DNA from: Eledone cirrhosa
Taxonomy: Eukaryota
Length of the DNA stretch: 64,000 nucleotides
Direction: 5' to 3'
Assembly: GCA_964016885.1 (NCBI GenBank)
Contig: OZ024740.1
Span: 139,190,001-139,254,000, forward strand
Under the pieces are notes generated by a model. It had not been told where the DNA came from. It searched no databases and saw nothing but the letters and a program-made list of their open reading frames with translations. Below, piece after piece: positions 40,241 to 55,699 of this stretch (position 1 is the stretch's first letter; each line of letters starts with the position of its first letter). The position numbers and the translations under genes were made by a program.

Positions 40241-41695
40241 TGCCACAGTTTAGCTACGATTCAATATACAAACAATTAAAGAAAGACTTCCCAGTGGTAA
40301 CAATCCTCTTCCCCGCCATTAAATTATTTGCGATAATAATATTCCATGTTATTTCGTTTTTCTCGGATAATACTATTTGAAATAAGAGAGATTTGACAGC
40401 TATTTCTAACAGTCTAGGTGACCAGTTAGAAGTACTTGTACTTTTATCAGCGTTCACTCAAGATGGGTTGCGCCGCCTCAAACAAATGTATCCATAGCAT
40501 AACGATTATAGGTCACCCATGCGCAGCGATCACAGCAGTCCAACCCAGGTATTGTCGGCCAATCACGATTCGAACGGCGAACACCATACATGCAAGGACC
40601 AGACATTAGCTCAAGATCAATCTCGATGGTACCAATCTAGGTTTTCAACTGTCCGTTTACTCTGTCCTTAGATCAGCTCTAGGACAACAACATTATGGAT
40701 GATTTCACTTCGTCGGCTCCGGAGTGCGTGGCCCAACTAAACAGGCGCCGTTTGAGTAGTATTTGTTGGAAGGAAATCCGACAATGACGAAGAATATCGG
40801 AGTTTTCCACAGAATCCGATGCTCAAACATGGAGGATTCGCTAAAGGCAAACATTGTCAACATCTTACAGCTTGCATGAGTCAGCCATTGTCATTGACCA
40901 CGTCTTACAGCTATAGAGAAGGAGGGTGCGAACGTGCGCTCATGGAGGTGGAGGTAAAGGTAGTGCCGAGATACAAGAGTTGAATCCCGCTACGTTTATC
41001 TTCATGTCAACACGTGACGCGTAAACACTGGCGCGTTCAATGGCTGATAGAACATTAACGTAGTTATCACATAAGAAGCACATGTCTTGGCTCGGGATAT
41101 ATACATGTAACAATATGGTGGGCTTGGTTACTGAGAATCTACGTTTACGTTATTTTACATGGAACTAATTGTAGTAACGAGAACAAAACTTGAAAAAATT
41201 GATTCTTGGGAGGCAAGTCAATAATCTGCCTAACTTGCTTTACTATTGATAAGTAATTCATCTTCCTCTGCATCTATCAACACTCGCATAGAATGCGTGG
41301 TGTAGTGATTAAGGTGTTGGAATCATGATCACGGTAGCGTATATATATATGCGCGCGCGTGTGTGTGTGTCTATAGTATATATATGTGTGCGTGCGTGTG
41401 TGTGTGTGTGAAAAGATTCAGGACCCCGACGACTGAGGTCCGACCGTTTCGACAGCTATATATAGATATATATATGTAGTGATTAAGGTGTTGGAATCAT
41501 GATCTCAGTAAGACGTCTTATTTCATGTTATATTTCATGATAGGACTGGGGCCATGATCATTGAAACACACAAGAAACTCCACAGGAGGCCAGTTAAACT
41601 TGCTATATTTAATTTTCATTTTCAAAGTCTTCTACTCGACGCTCTAAACGACTCTACCAAATTATCACCTTGAAATAAATAGATTGATAAATGAA

Positions 41696-41727
<32 letters not shown>

Positions 41728-42074
41728 AAATATATCATCTGTTCGATCCTGGTTAATACCAGAAAATCGCACGCATCCTTGGATATCCCTAGGGTGGTCC
41801 TTTCTCCTCACAAGGAAACATGAGTGTGTGATTTAATTTAGTTGGACAGCCGGCTATAACAGATATTGAGAGATCGGCTCAATGTCAAGACCATAGTTAA
41901 AATAGCAGAGACATGGAGTCCAAGACGTCTGAAGAGTTGTCACGGATGTATTAAATACTCTTCCCTACACTTCTCATATCCTTTCTGACATGCCATTATT
42001 TTCTCATCTGTTTCACTGATGAAGACTTGGTTGATTTGTCGAGACGACTGGATGATTAGTTGATTAGAGAAGTT

Positions 42075-42087
42075 TATATATATATAT

Positions 42088-42152
<65 letters not shown>

Positions 42153-42168
42153 TATATATAAATATACA

Positions 42169-42260
<92 letters not shown>

Positions 42261-42370
42261 TATATATAAATATACATGAATATATATATATATATATATA
42301 TGTATGTATATATATATATATATATAAAATTATATATATATATATATATATAAATTATATATATATATAT

Positions 42371-42407
<37 letters not shown>

Positions 42408-42425
42408 TATATATGTATATATATA
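42075..42425. repeat. Long interrupted (TA)n array; many other (TA)n/(CA)n arrays occur across the window
   Basis: Direct reading. Confidence 0.95.
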
Positions 42426-42808
42426 TTCTTTCACATCCATCAACCAAGTATTTCAATCCATCTACCCATACAGTTATACATCCAATCACCCCATGCAACC
42501 TTCAATACGTCCCTGTACCCCCCTATTCTCTCATCCTTCCATCTGATCATATATACATTCACACATGTATACATACAGACACACTCATACATACATACAC
42601 ATACATACATACATACATACATACATACATACATACATACATACATACATACATACATACATGCATGCATACATAAAAATGTATACAGTCAAGATGTCCC
42701 GGTCAGCTAAAGTCTCAGGATTAAATAGGATATATTGAGATCCATTTCTATAACACGTTGGCAATACGACAATTGATGAAAATGGTACGTTTGTGCGTAA
42801 GTGTGGTG

Positions 42809-42928
<120 letters not shown>

Positions 42929-43133
42929 AAAAGATTCAGGACCCCGACAACTGAGCTCCGGCCGTTTCAACAGCTAGATCCTAAGCGACTTCGGATCTAG
43001 CAGTCGAAACGGCCGGAGCTCAGCCGTCAGGTTCCTGAATCTTTTCATTACCCACTCTACTACCTCTAAGTATCGAGTACTCTGGTGCGTTATGCTCCAC
43101 CTGCTATCTTACCACACCCTCTTTGTTATATAT

Positions 43134-43234
<101 letters not shown>

Positions 43235-43448
43235 AGGACCATTTCCTGTCAGCATGACTTGGCAAGCTATTTAGAATACTGGTTTAACCGCTTTACTTCC
43301 CCCCGAAGAAGAAATATTATCTCGAAAATTAAGGACATTTAAATAAATCTAAGGTAAAAGACTAATTGTCAACAATATCTTTTGCATTTGCATTCTTTAT
43401 TCTATGTCCATACCTGCATTGTTTTGGCTTTATTATACATATACAAAC

Positions 43449-43492
<44 letters not shown>

Positions 43493-44027
43493 TATGGTGT
43501 GCTTTCATCAGACAAAATACAATATAGATCAGTTTTATAATATCCGGGAGCTTCCAACAGTAATGGTTGCATTTTTTAAGGGTATGTCAATATTTATTTA
43601 TAAAAGTGATCTATATTGTATATATGACCTCTTCCTCGCACTTCCACTCACTCACACTCTGTTTCTCCCCTTCTCACTTCCTCCCGTTCGCTAGGAGTCG
43701 GATCTTTCTTTCTCACATCCCATTCACAGCGAAAGGTTTGTTTGCTAAGCGCTCATGAATTCACCCAGCTTACGCTGATCGAATAACCATGTTGCTTGTT
43801 TTCTTCCCATCTTCGGATAGCCTTTCTTCGATGTTGTTTACTTGTCTCACTCGCTTTACGCGTTTCACTTGTCCCAATAGGTTATTTTAGTTATTGCTCG
43901 CACCAACGTGAAGTATATGATTTTTAATGCGATGAAATACCAATGATCGTTGGCAAATCACTGATGAGGGACTAATTTTATAATATGTATTCCATGTGCA
44001 ACCATGCAGTATTCTTCTCCCCATATT

Positions 44028-44124
<97 letters not shown>

Positions 44125-44324
44125 CATATATATATATATTCGCAATAGTGAGGCTGTGAGTTCTATTCCTGAACCAGGCGATGCGTATGTCCTTGAGCAA
44201 GACACTTTATTTCCCGTTGCTTCTACCTTCTACCTGGAGTTGCGAACGATAGATAGTATTAGCAATTGGAAAGACCAACGGAAACATTGTTTCCTCGGTC
44301 CGCTTTGATGAAAGTCGATCGTTC

Positions 44325-44498
<174 letters not shown>

Positions 44499-44609
44499 CG
44501 AAGGAAATGTGGTAAGGAACCAGGTGGACCATAACGCACCAAAGTACTCAATATTTGGGGTAGTAGAGTGGGTAATAGGAACCAGTAAGTCCCCGGGGTC
44601 TTACTGGTT

Positions 44610-44663
<54 letters not shown>

Positions 44664-44686
44664 CGATATTAATAAATGGAAACTAT

Positions 44687-44791
44687 ATTTATAAAACCAT
44701 ATTTATTTCATTATATATATTTCAAGGATACCAAGTTACATTATGGTATGCCTCCATCAGACAAAATACAATATATAACAGTTTTATAAAT
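44687..44791 (-). ncRNA. Hammerhead variant (CUGAUGG core, probably impaired)
   Basis: Minus strand: ttttgt-CTGATGG-aggcatacca..tggtatcctt-GAAA-tatata-TA-atgaaat; homolog of 39132-39240. Confidence 0.55.
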
Positions 44792-44864
44792 AGACATCGA
44801 CGTACCCATTTTAAAAATTGACCGTTGTTTTTGGAGGCCATCCTGATGGCCTCCAAAAACAACG

Positions 44865-45345
44865 CTCAATAGAGAGAGAGGGTTACAAGACTCATTGGAA
44901 TTTACACATCAACTAGGTAGATATATATGTATGTCTGCATGCATGCATGTGTAGGTATGGATGTTATTGTATGGGTGGATGTGTATGTTTTGAGTTGTAT
45001 GTGTGCTTTGTATCTGTACATGTGCATATGCAATTATTAGATGCAACATTTTTGGTATGTTTTACATATTTTTACTCTTCCATGAATGGATTGTACTTGT
45101 AATTTCCTAACTAGCTGTGTTCTTTCTGTTCCCGTGAAGCCCAGCTTCTCAAGATTTGTATTGAGGCAGTTACCAACATACCCCAGTGTCCCAATAATCA
45201 CAGGCATAAATCTGAAGTTATAATCAGGATGGAGTATCTGCAGATTTCTCATTAGTTCTGCATAAATATTCTCCTTTTCGCTAATCTTTGATATTATATT
45301 GGCATCTGCAGGGCAGCTAATTTCCACTACTGGGCATGTCTTCTT
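44865..45345 (-). mobile_element. Second R4/Dong-type 3' fragment
   Basis: KKTCPVVEISCPADANIISKISEKENIYAELMRNLQ...KTYQKCCI is nearly identical to 19900-20205 and is followed by the same 3'UTR. Confidence 0.9.
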
Positions 45346-45394
<49 letters not shown>

Positions 45395-45722
45395 GAAAGG
45401 TATAGAAATTGTTGTAGCGAGAAGCTAACAGTATTCCATAACATATATGCGACTATAGCGTCAAAAAGGGAAAAATAGTTAACGTAAGATGTGGGAAAAA
45501 TAATTCAAACTCATCTCAAATAGAATCAGGATATAAATTCATCCACAGAATTTAGTGAAATCCAGGGAAAAATCAATAGAGCCTTAACTCATGATAAAAT
45601 AAAGTCTAAAATACCCATCCTTCAATTTGGAAACACTTCAAATGCTCTGTATAAATTTAAAGACTATTTCATGAAAACTTTCAGTGGAGATGGTCACGGT
45701 TGGATTTAAATCGTCAGCAGAG

Positions 45723-45804
<82 letters not shown>

Positions 45805-46059
45805 CGGGAAGAAAGAGGGAGAGAGAGGAGAAAAACACAGGAGTGTGTTTTCTTCACGATGCTGGTTTGAAATTCCTGTAAAGGGAAACACACTCACACT
45901 CTCCTGCGCTTTTCCCCCTCTATATATTCTATTTTAAAGTGCCCAGGAAAACTCTTTCCTTTGAGCTCATTTAATTACAGGATTATACGTGAGTCCTTTA
46001 CTTCGTTATTTTACTATATATATATATATATATATTATATACATACTGTATATACACAC

Positions 46060-47160
46060 AGCCCATTCACCACAAATTGCTTACTGATGTAATTAAGCGT
46101 ATCATTCGGCTTTCTATACGGGTAGTGCAAGCCATTCGACAAGTTGAGGGTAACGTCGAGGAAGTTTACGACCGAAAGGCTGGCCTCAACCTGTATGGAG
46201 AGGTTGAAGCCTTTCAAGAAGGCTGTGAGTTCTTTTCTAAACCTGTCGCAAGCGAGGGGACCGCAATTTGTCATGGGCAAAAGACCGTCATCGCGGTACA
46301 AATCACCGCCCAGATTAGGGAATTCTTCCTTGATAGAGAAAAGAAGGAAAAAGGCGATAAGATCTGTAACCTCGACCGAATAGCTGGCGCCCAAACTCAC
46401 GTTGGATGGGATACAAATAGAGTCGTCGAAATTAATCACCGACTTACGAGCATTGAGGATGACATCAACTTCGAAATCCTTAACCACCGTGAGCGTTTTA
46501 GTGAAATTGCTAGCTCTAAGAAGAAGTGGTAAAGTGAAGGAGGAGTAGTAGCTATTGATGTCGAATTGGATACAACGGCAATGTTCCTTGTTGCATATGC
46601 CATTGAACCAATCAATCACTGCGAAAGAATTATTCCATTGTGCAAGAGGGGCCAAGCTTCTAATTTCAGGTATAATTCTATTTAAAATCCTTTTACTAAG
46701 TCTACCTAAATCAGACTTCGTAGGGTTAATGAGCCGAATAGAAGGGTTGTTAGCGAAATTGGGTTTGTGATCCTTCAGAGTAAAGTGGGGAGAAATAGGG
46801 TCCAGAGTTTCAGTCCGGTCCTGGATGTTGAATTCAGAAGTGATTTTAAACCCAGCATCGTTGATGTCATTAATGACACTTTGATTGGTTTTCCGGTAAT
46901 TCTTGGTTACAGCATTATGTAGCAGTTGATGGTAAGTACTGCGCTCCACTTGATATAGATTGCCAGTTTTATCGGAGTGGACGTGCACGGCATTAGAATC
47001 CTTATTAGAAAGAATTCTATTCTTCAGGTCCTGTTGGAAGGAATTGCTCCTGTTCCGAAATTTGATACTCCGTATGAGTTCCAACACATCAAAGCTGGGT
47101 TACTTGGAGGGTTATTATAAGTTTTAAACCCAAATTTATCCTGAGTTTGGGCGCCTTTTC
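46060..47160 (-). mobile_element. Penelope-like element RT fragment
   Basis: DKFGFKTYNNPP, SDKTGNLY, TLKDHKPNF..RLINPTKSDLG, QFDINSYYSS, LYRDDGL, VVNFLDVTLNLSNGLHYPYRKPN. Confidence 0.9.
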
Positions 47161-47267
47161 CTGGTTATCAAAAAAAGTTCTTATATATTTGATATATATT
47201 TATCCTTATCGAGCCCTCTTCGGATTTTAGTCTTCACATTTATTATTATTATTACTATATATATAAA

Positions 47268-47436
47268 GGGCGGTGGATTGGCAGTATCAGTAGAGGGTCG
47301 GACGCCATGCTTTCCAGCATAGTTACGTCCCTGTACGAGGTTGGCTTTGCCTTTCAGCCTTACGGGGTCGATAAAATAAAGTACCAGTAATGCACTGGGT
47401 ATTTGCTGCCCTTGTGCCTAAAGTAGAAACAATTAT
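47268..47436 (+). mobile_element. SINE family A copy with an internal deletion removing the B-box
   Basis: Consensus match. Confidence 0.85.
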
Positions 47437-47439
47437 TAC

Positions 47440-47480
<41 letters not shown>

Positions 47481-48071
47481 TTTGAGTTACCGTGGTGTTC
47501 TGACATCGACTTTTCCCCTTCCTTATCCTTTTCATAAACAAATGTACAAATATATATATATAGAACAACCACACGCTATATTGCCTTCTCATTAAATCAC
47601 TCTGTCTTCCCCTCTTACTTACTCCTCCTCCTCCCTTCTTTCCCTTATTTTCCACCATTTTCTTGTTCAGTTTACTTATATTTATTTACTATTCAAGTAT
47701 TTTATTTCATTTTTATTTTTCATACCCATAGGCATATCTAACGGAGTAATCTCCTCCACTTAATTGCCAATTTGTAAACCTTAAAATAATATTCATCTAC
47801 TCACTAATCACCAACGCCACCATCATCTTCATCTCCATCACCACCACCACCACCACCACCACCACTACCACCAACAGCATCACCACCTCCATCGCCGCCA
47901 CCGCCACCACCACAACCACTACCATCAACAACATCACCACCACCACCGCCGCTACCACCACCACCACCACAACCCCCAGCACGACGACCACCACCACCAC
48001 CACCACCGCTACCACTACCACCACCACCACCACTAGGTAATGTACCCCTGAAGACGAAAACAGTTGACAGA

Positions 48072-48143
48072 GCCACCTTTGGGGGATTGAACCCCGCATC
48101 TCTCGGAATCCGGGCGAATGGATTAACCAGGACGCTAAAGAGC
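48072..48143 (-). other. tRNA-like sequence (pseudo-tRNA or SINE head, loosely tRNA-Pro-like)
   Basis: GCTCTTTAGCGTCCTGGTTAATCCATTCGCCCGGATTCCGAGAGATGCGGGGTTCAATCCCCCAAAGGTGGC: A-box, T-arm GGGG-TTCAATC-CCCC, 72 nt; imperfect stems. Confidence 0.45.
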
Positions 48144-48679
48144 AATATTATTGAGTTGTTCCTTTATCATTCTTGTTGATGGTGTTAATGATGATGTTGG
48201 TGGTGGTTGTGGTGGTGGGGATGATAATGCCATATCGATGTTTGTGCTACTCATGATGAGAATGATGAAGATGGGAGTGATGATGATGATGATGTTGATG
48301 ATGATGATAAGGATGATGGCTATCATCATCATCTTCATCATCAGTATTATCCTTATCAAAAGACACATTGATAAAACCTGGTTCTGTAAAAGCCAGCTGT
48401 CATGAAGTGATTAAAATTAAGAAGAGGAAAGGAAAGATTAAGTGATAAACGATAAGGAGATACTAAGTGATAAAAAGCAGAAGTGTTTCCTCTAATAACA
48501 CATAAGAGTCACTATTTTTTGTTACATTGCTGTTGTTTCTGCTACTTTGGTTGTTGTTGTTGATGTTATTGTTATTATTGTTGTAGTTGCCATTGATTTC
48601 AGGTTGCTGTTTTCCACTTAAATATTGTTGATGTTATTGCTGTTGTTCTTTTCCACAGTTATTGCTGTTATTATTATTG

Positions 48680-48868
48680 TGTGGATTGGCAGTATCGGTA
48701 GAGGGTCAGACGCCATGCTTTGCAGCAATGAGTTACGGCCCTTTATGGTCTGAGTTCAAATCCCGCCGAGGTTAACTTTGCCTTTCATCCTTACGGGGTC
48801 GATAAAATAAAGTACCAGTAATACACTGTGATGATTGCTGGCCTTGTTCCAAAAGTAGAAACAATTAT
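48680..48868 (+). mobile_element. SINE family A copy
   Basis: Consensus match. Confidence 0.88.
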
Positions 48869-49219
48869 TATTGTTATTGTTTCTCCCGTTGCCGTTATTA
48901 ATGTTGATTTTGTTATTGTTATTGTTGTTGATACTGGTGTTACTGTTGTTGTTGCTGCTGTTGTTGTCGTTATTGTTGTTGATACTGGTGTTATTGTTGT
49001 TGCTGCTGCTGTTGTCGTTATTGTTGTTGATACTGGTGTTACTGTTATTTGTTATTGGTGATGTTGTCTATTATTGTTCATGTCACAGTTTATGCAGCTG
49101 TTGCTCATATTGTAGTAGTTTGTTTTACTGTTATTACAGGTTCTGCTGCCACCCTAGGTAGATTTTCAGCATTTCACCTTCGTTTTTCAAAGACTACATA
49201 ATCCAATGAATCCTTCCAT

Positions 49220-49560
49220 CTGGTATATTGCTAATTCTACAAGGTAACAATGTAACCAATCTATAGCTAACTGGTATATTGCTAATTTTACAATTTAACA
49301 ATGTAACCAGTCTACAGCTAACTGGTATATTGCTAATTTTACAAATTAACAATGTAACCACTTTATAGCTAACTGGTATGTTGCTAATTCTACAAGTTAA
49401 CAATGTAACCACTATAGCTAACTGGTTTATTGCTAATTCTACAATTTAACAATATAACCACTCTATAGCTAAGTGGTATATTGCTTATTCTACAATTTAG
49501 CAATGTCACCACTACAGCTATCTGGTATATTGCTACTTCTACAATTTAACAATGTAACCA
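49220..49560. repeat. Minisatellite, ~51-bp unit, ~6.7 copies
   Basis: CTGGTATATTGCTAATTCTACAATTTAACAATGTAACCACTCTATAGCTAA repeated from 49220, 49271, ... Confidence 0.92.
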
Positions 49561-49599
49561 TTTAAAAACAGAAGAAAAATGCATTATTATATCTCTTTT

Positions 49600-50420
49600 A
49601 AATCCCGCCGAGGTTAACTTTGCCTTTCATCCTTACGGGGTCGATAAAATAAAGTACCAGTAATACACTGGAATAATTGCTGGCGTTGTGCCAAAAGTAG
49701 AAACAATTATTATATCTCTTTTATTCTCTTTGCATACAAATAGCTGAAACACAATTGAACGTTTTCACGTGTTACCTTTATGTCTTTCTGTTTTTAAGGG
49801 TGATATTTCTCGTACATTTTTCGAAATATGTATATCAGCGCCCACGGATTGATATATCTGTTTCAGAAGATTCCGAATAAGGATGAAATTGTTTGCTTAA
49901 ACTTTTAATCTGAGCTAGTAATAATAATTGTTTCTATTTTAGGCACAAGGCCAGCAATTACCCAGTGCATTACTGGTACTTTATTTTATCGACCCCGTAA
50001 GGATGAAAGGCAAAGTTAACCTCGGCGGGATTTGAACTCAGATCGTAAAGGGACGTAACTATGCTGGAAAGCATGGCGTCCGACCCTCTACCGATACTGC
50101 CAATCCACTGGTACTTTATTTTATCGACCCCGTAATAATAATGGTTTCTCATATAGGCACAAGGCCAGCAATTTTTCTGGAGCGGAAAATCGATTAAATC
50201 GACCCCAATGCCTGACTGGTACTTTATTTCATCGAACCTGTAAGGATGTAAGGCAAAGTTAATCTCGGCGGGATTTGAACTCAGATCATAAAGGGCCGTA
50301 ACTCTATGCCGAAGAGCACGGCGTCCGACCCTGTACTGATACTGTTAATCCACCACCCTATGAGCTAGTAATAATAGTGGCTATAGGCACAAGGCCAACA
50401 ATTTTAGGGGAGAGGAAAGT
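49600..50420. mobile_element. Cluster of SINE family A copies (plus 49600-49710; minus 49925-50107, 50108-50133, 50140-50359, 50380-50420)
   Basis: Consensus matches. Confidence 0.85.
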
Positions 50421-50628
50421 CGATCAAATCGGGTGATTTGGTGTATAATGTTTAATTACTGATGGTTCATCAGTTTGAGCAGTCAATGCTAATATGTGGA
50501 TCTGGTTATCAACATGGAATAAATACATTACCAAACGTACGTCACGTGTGAATGAATATATTGACGTTATATATATATATATATATATATTGTTATACTT
50601 TGGGAGGGTCATGTTGCCAATAAGAACG

Positions 50629-50738
<110 letters not shown>

Positions 50739-51002
50739 TTCAAGGGTAACCAATCTTAAAGAGAGAGATGGAGATAGGAGAGGAGATAGGAGAGGAGAGA
50801 TTGGTGAATTAGTTAGAAGCCAAAGCGTAAAGGTCATGTGCTCAATGTTACCCATGGGCAGAACTCACACAATGCAGCCTCGACAGAAGAATACTGCTCG
50901 ATTATGGCAGACAATTGATACACCCAGGACACCATAGTGAAATACCAATATATGGAACATTACATTTATGTAACATTCTTTCCTTATTTATATTCCTTTG
51001 AA

Positions 51003-51121
51003 GTTCCGATGAGCCGCTCTATCTTTACCTATGTTAATTATTTTCAACTGAACCAGATCAATAATGATATATAGTCATTTGATCCAGAAATATTATATGG
51101 AGTAGCGAAACAATTGTAAAC
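51003..51121 (+). ncRNA. Decayed hammerhead (CCGAUGA core)
   Basis: gtt-CCGATGA-gccgctc...gagtagc-GAAA-caattg-TA-aac. Confidence 0.45.
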
Positions 51122-51143
51122 GGACATTATTATTATAATGTCA

Positions 51144-51332
51144 GGGCGGTGGATTGGCAGTATCGGTAGAGGGTCGGACGCCATGCTTTCCAGCATAGTT
51201 ACGTCCCTTTACGATCTGAGTTCAAATCCCGCCGAGGTTGACTTTGCCTTTCATCCTTACGGGGTCGATAAAATAAAGTACCAGTAATGCACTGGGTAAT
51301 TGCTGGCCTTGTGCCTAAAGTAGAAACAATTA
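51144..51332 (+). mobile_element. SINE family A, near-consensus full copy
   Basis: Consensus match with (ATT)n tail. Confidence 0.9.
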
Positions 51333-51458
51333 TTATTAATATTATTATTATTATTCTCTACATTCCTTACATCAAACTAAAATATGTTGACAATCTTTTA
51401 ATAATGTCTTCCTTGTGAAATTCGTGGTCTTGTTTTGCTTAACTAATGAATATATATA

Positions 51459-52165
51459 TATATCATAAATCATGTCTTTAGAATCATCAGATAATAAAAT
51501 ATATACTATTTCTTCTTCTAATTAGCATAATTAATCATATAAAAAATCAATCAGAACAAGCTATAAGAATAAATGCTCTTATGGGGAAATCTCCGACAAA
51601 TAACCGAACGTAGCCTCTTCGCGGCGGCCCCAGTCGAGTATTTATTCAACATTTCGACAGCATGTAGAAACTGACTAAATATACCATCAACCATACACAA
51701 TTAGTTGTAAAATTAAACTTAGAAGAAATGCGCACATACCGTAATTATATCTCTACCATGGTTTCTTCCTTACTTTGGACATCCAAATAATAGGAATGTC
51801 CTGAGTTAGGATTCATCAGGAGACAAACTCAAAATCAGACATCTAGTTTTTCAATCCGATCCCGCCAAAATTAGATTAAAAAATGGCTAAAAATCGCTAT
51901 GTGGCTGTGTTCAAGCCAGAGAGAAAGAATGTGATTGGTTGCTTACGGCGGGTAGGCTTGCTGCTAGAAAGTGCAGCCAAATGTCGCCAAATTTAATCTC
52001 AACCTATTGGGAGATTCGGTTATATGTCGGAAATTTCCCCATAAGAGCATTTATTCTTATAGCTTGTTCTGATTGATTTTTTTATATGGTTAATTATGCT
52101 AATTAGAAGAAGAAATAGTATATATTTTATTATCTGATGATTCTAAAGACATGATTTATGATATA
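51459..52165. repeat. Inverted repeat, ~150-bp arms (51459-51608 / 52015-52165), ~406-bp spacer
   Basis: Arms are reverse complements with few mismatches. Confidence 0.9.
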
Positions 52166-52258
52166 ATGGTCTGATTTTTTAATTTATTAATTCTTCATAG
52201 AGCTTAAAAGTGAACAGTTGCAACATATATATATCTATAACTTTATGTATATGTTAAC

Positions 52259-52302
<44 letters not shown>

Positions 52303-52305
52303 AAT

Positions 52306-53707
<1,402 letters not shown>

Positions 53708-53780
53708 TAATGGTAGCTAAGATGATTCCATAGGCGGTATGCCGGTAGAGCACTATATGCTCTTACAGAGCAGAGTATGA

Positions 53781-54104
53781 TAGAATAGAAAACGAAAAAT
53801 CAGTGATGCATCTGAACTCAATTTATTGTGTGTTACAATTGTTTCCCCGGCGGACAGCTCGAGACGCGATCATTGTGTGGATCTGTCTGATTTTGGACAA
53901 ATGATTTGGAAGCATATTCTCTCACTGGGGGGTGAGACACCCCAGTGAGAGAATATGCTCCGAAATCCGAAATCATTAGACGTGTCCTGCGGGTCCAGAA
54001 TCAGACAGATCCACACAATGATCGCGACTCGAGCTGTCCGCCGGGGAAACAATTGTAAGACACAATAAATTGAGTTCAGACGCATCACTGATTTTTCGTT
54101 TTCT

Positions 54105-54110
<6 letters not shown>
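53781..54110. repeat. Nested fold-back: 118-bp outer arms plus an inner ~20-bp-arm hairpin
   Basis: 53781-53898 is the reverse complement of 53993-54110; AGCATATTCTCTCACTGGGG/CCCCAGTGAGAGAATATGCT inside. Confidence 0.9.
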
Positions 54111-54189
<79 letters not shown>

Positions 54190-54495
54190 TAGCAGTTTAG
54201 CCCGGCGTTGCTCGGGTTTGTTCATTTGCTATGAAAAGTTACACACAGGTAAACGTAGCTTGAAAGCGCATAAGCTTATCAATTAAGTGCATAAAGCAGT
54301 TGAACCGGTTATTAATAGTTACGAACCAATTACCATTTTGGACAATCAATGATAGGTTAATAATCTTCCAATAGCAAATTTAGTAGACCAAAGTTGCAAG
54401 ATGGTGGCCCTGATGCCGCTGGGTGTCAGATCTGTCCGCTATGGGTGACCCTACCAGTTTTCCTGACGGCATAGCTCCAGCACCTGCGCCAACAT

Positions 54496-55690
54496 CTATA
54501 GCACCTCTTTGTAGACGATATTGCGTGTCATCCCTTGAGGAGTGTAAGCAAAAAGTCCATTCCTGCTCCCTACGCGGGAACAGGCAACATAAAGTTGGCC
54601 ATAGGAGAAGCATGGCTCCCCGAAATGGATGCCCGCCACCGACAATGTTTGCCCTTGTGACTTGTTAATGGACATTGCAAAACATGGTTTCACCTGGAAT
54701 TGGGATCGCCGGAAATCGAACTGGATATCTGACACCGAGGGGAAAAGGTTCATCCTTGGAATGAAAACATTCTCCCCTCTCCCGCACCCCGTTACAATGG
54801 GGGCCGCAATCAAGTGGGGCGTCAGTGACTTGACGACCATGCGAGTACCGTTGCACTGATTTGGTGGACGCAAGTTCCTTATTAGAATAATGGGACAGCC
54901 AACCCTAAGCTTAAGAATGTGAGGTGGGAGCTCTGGGGGTTCAAGGGAATTTAATAACTCAAGCGGATAATTAACGATATCGTCGAGGTCTGACGTCCGG
55001 TCGATAGATTTGAAGATGTGTTTTTTACCGGGAAACTTCTCAATCAGCTGCACGTTAATAATGGTATTTTTCGGAGCAAAGATGGCTCTTTCGCTGAGCC
55101 AATCGAGGTTTTTAAAGTTAGATGAGACATTAGGAAAAACTGCTTCCCAAAGATCAGAAGGGCTGCTCACAATGTTGCACAGGGAGTCGATTGCTATGCG
55201 GCCCTTGTCATCTGCAAGGACCTTGCCCTCACCAAGTGCTAAAATATTCTGAGCAAATGCTGCAGACATGTTGTCACCATGCAAATGAGCACGCATATTT
55301 GTGCTCAGGTACAAACTCTTCACCTAGATCCACAACATGGACGACTTAAGGCAGGCACGCACTTCATCAGCTCTTGTCCCTTTGGGTATGAAAGGAAGCG
55401 TTTGCCGAAAACTCCCTGATAGCAGAAGGGTTACGCCACCCATAGGAGCCGTAGAATCCCTAATGTCTTTCAGGGTCATGTCCAATGCCTCAAGGGCACC
55501 CTTGTGAGCCATTGTGCACTCATCCCAAACAATGAAGCAACATTTTTTGAGAACCAGAGCTTCGTGTGAACTCTTGCTGATATTGCATGATGGTGTCTAA
55601 GTTTTTACTAAATCCAGGGGGTGTTTAAAGGTTGAATGTGCTGTCCTGCCTCCCGGCAGCAAAGTAGCAGCGATCCCGGACGATGCAACG
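54496..55690 (-). pseudogene. PIF1-family helicase domain of the Helitron RepHel
   Basis: VASSGIAATLLPGGRTAHSTFK, IVWDECTMAHKGALEALD, GSFRQTLP, STNMR, CNGTR, FAMSINKSQGQTL, GQLYVACSRV, TRNIVYKEVL. Confidence 0.92.
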
Positions 55691-55699
55691 AGTTCCCGT

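Noticed and set aside
48072-48143. Functional tRNA gene
   Set aside because: Acceptor, D and anticodon stems pair poorly; kept only as tRNA-like
49220-49560. Regular repeats resembling a CRISPR array or 17-aa repeat protein
   Set aside because: Contiguous units without unique spacers in eukaryotic DNA; a minisatellite
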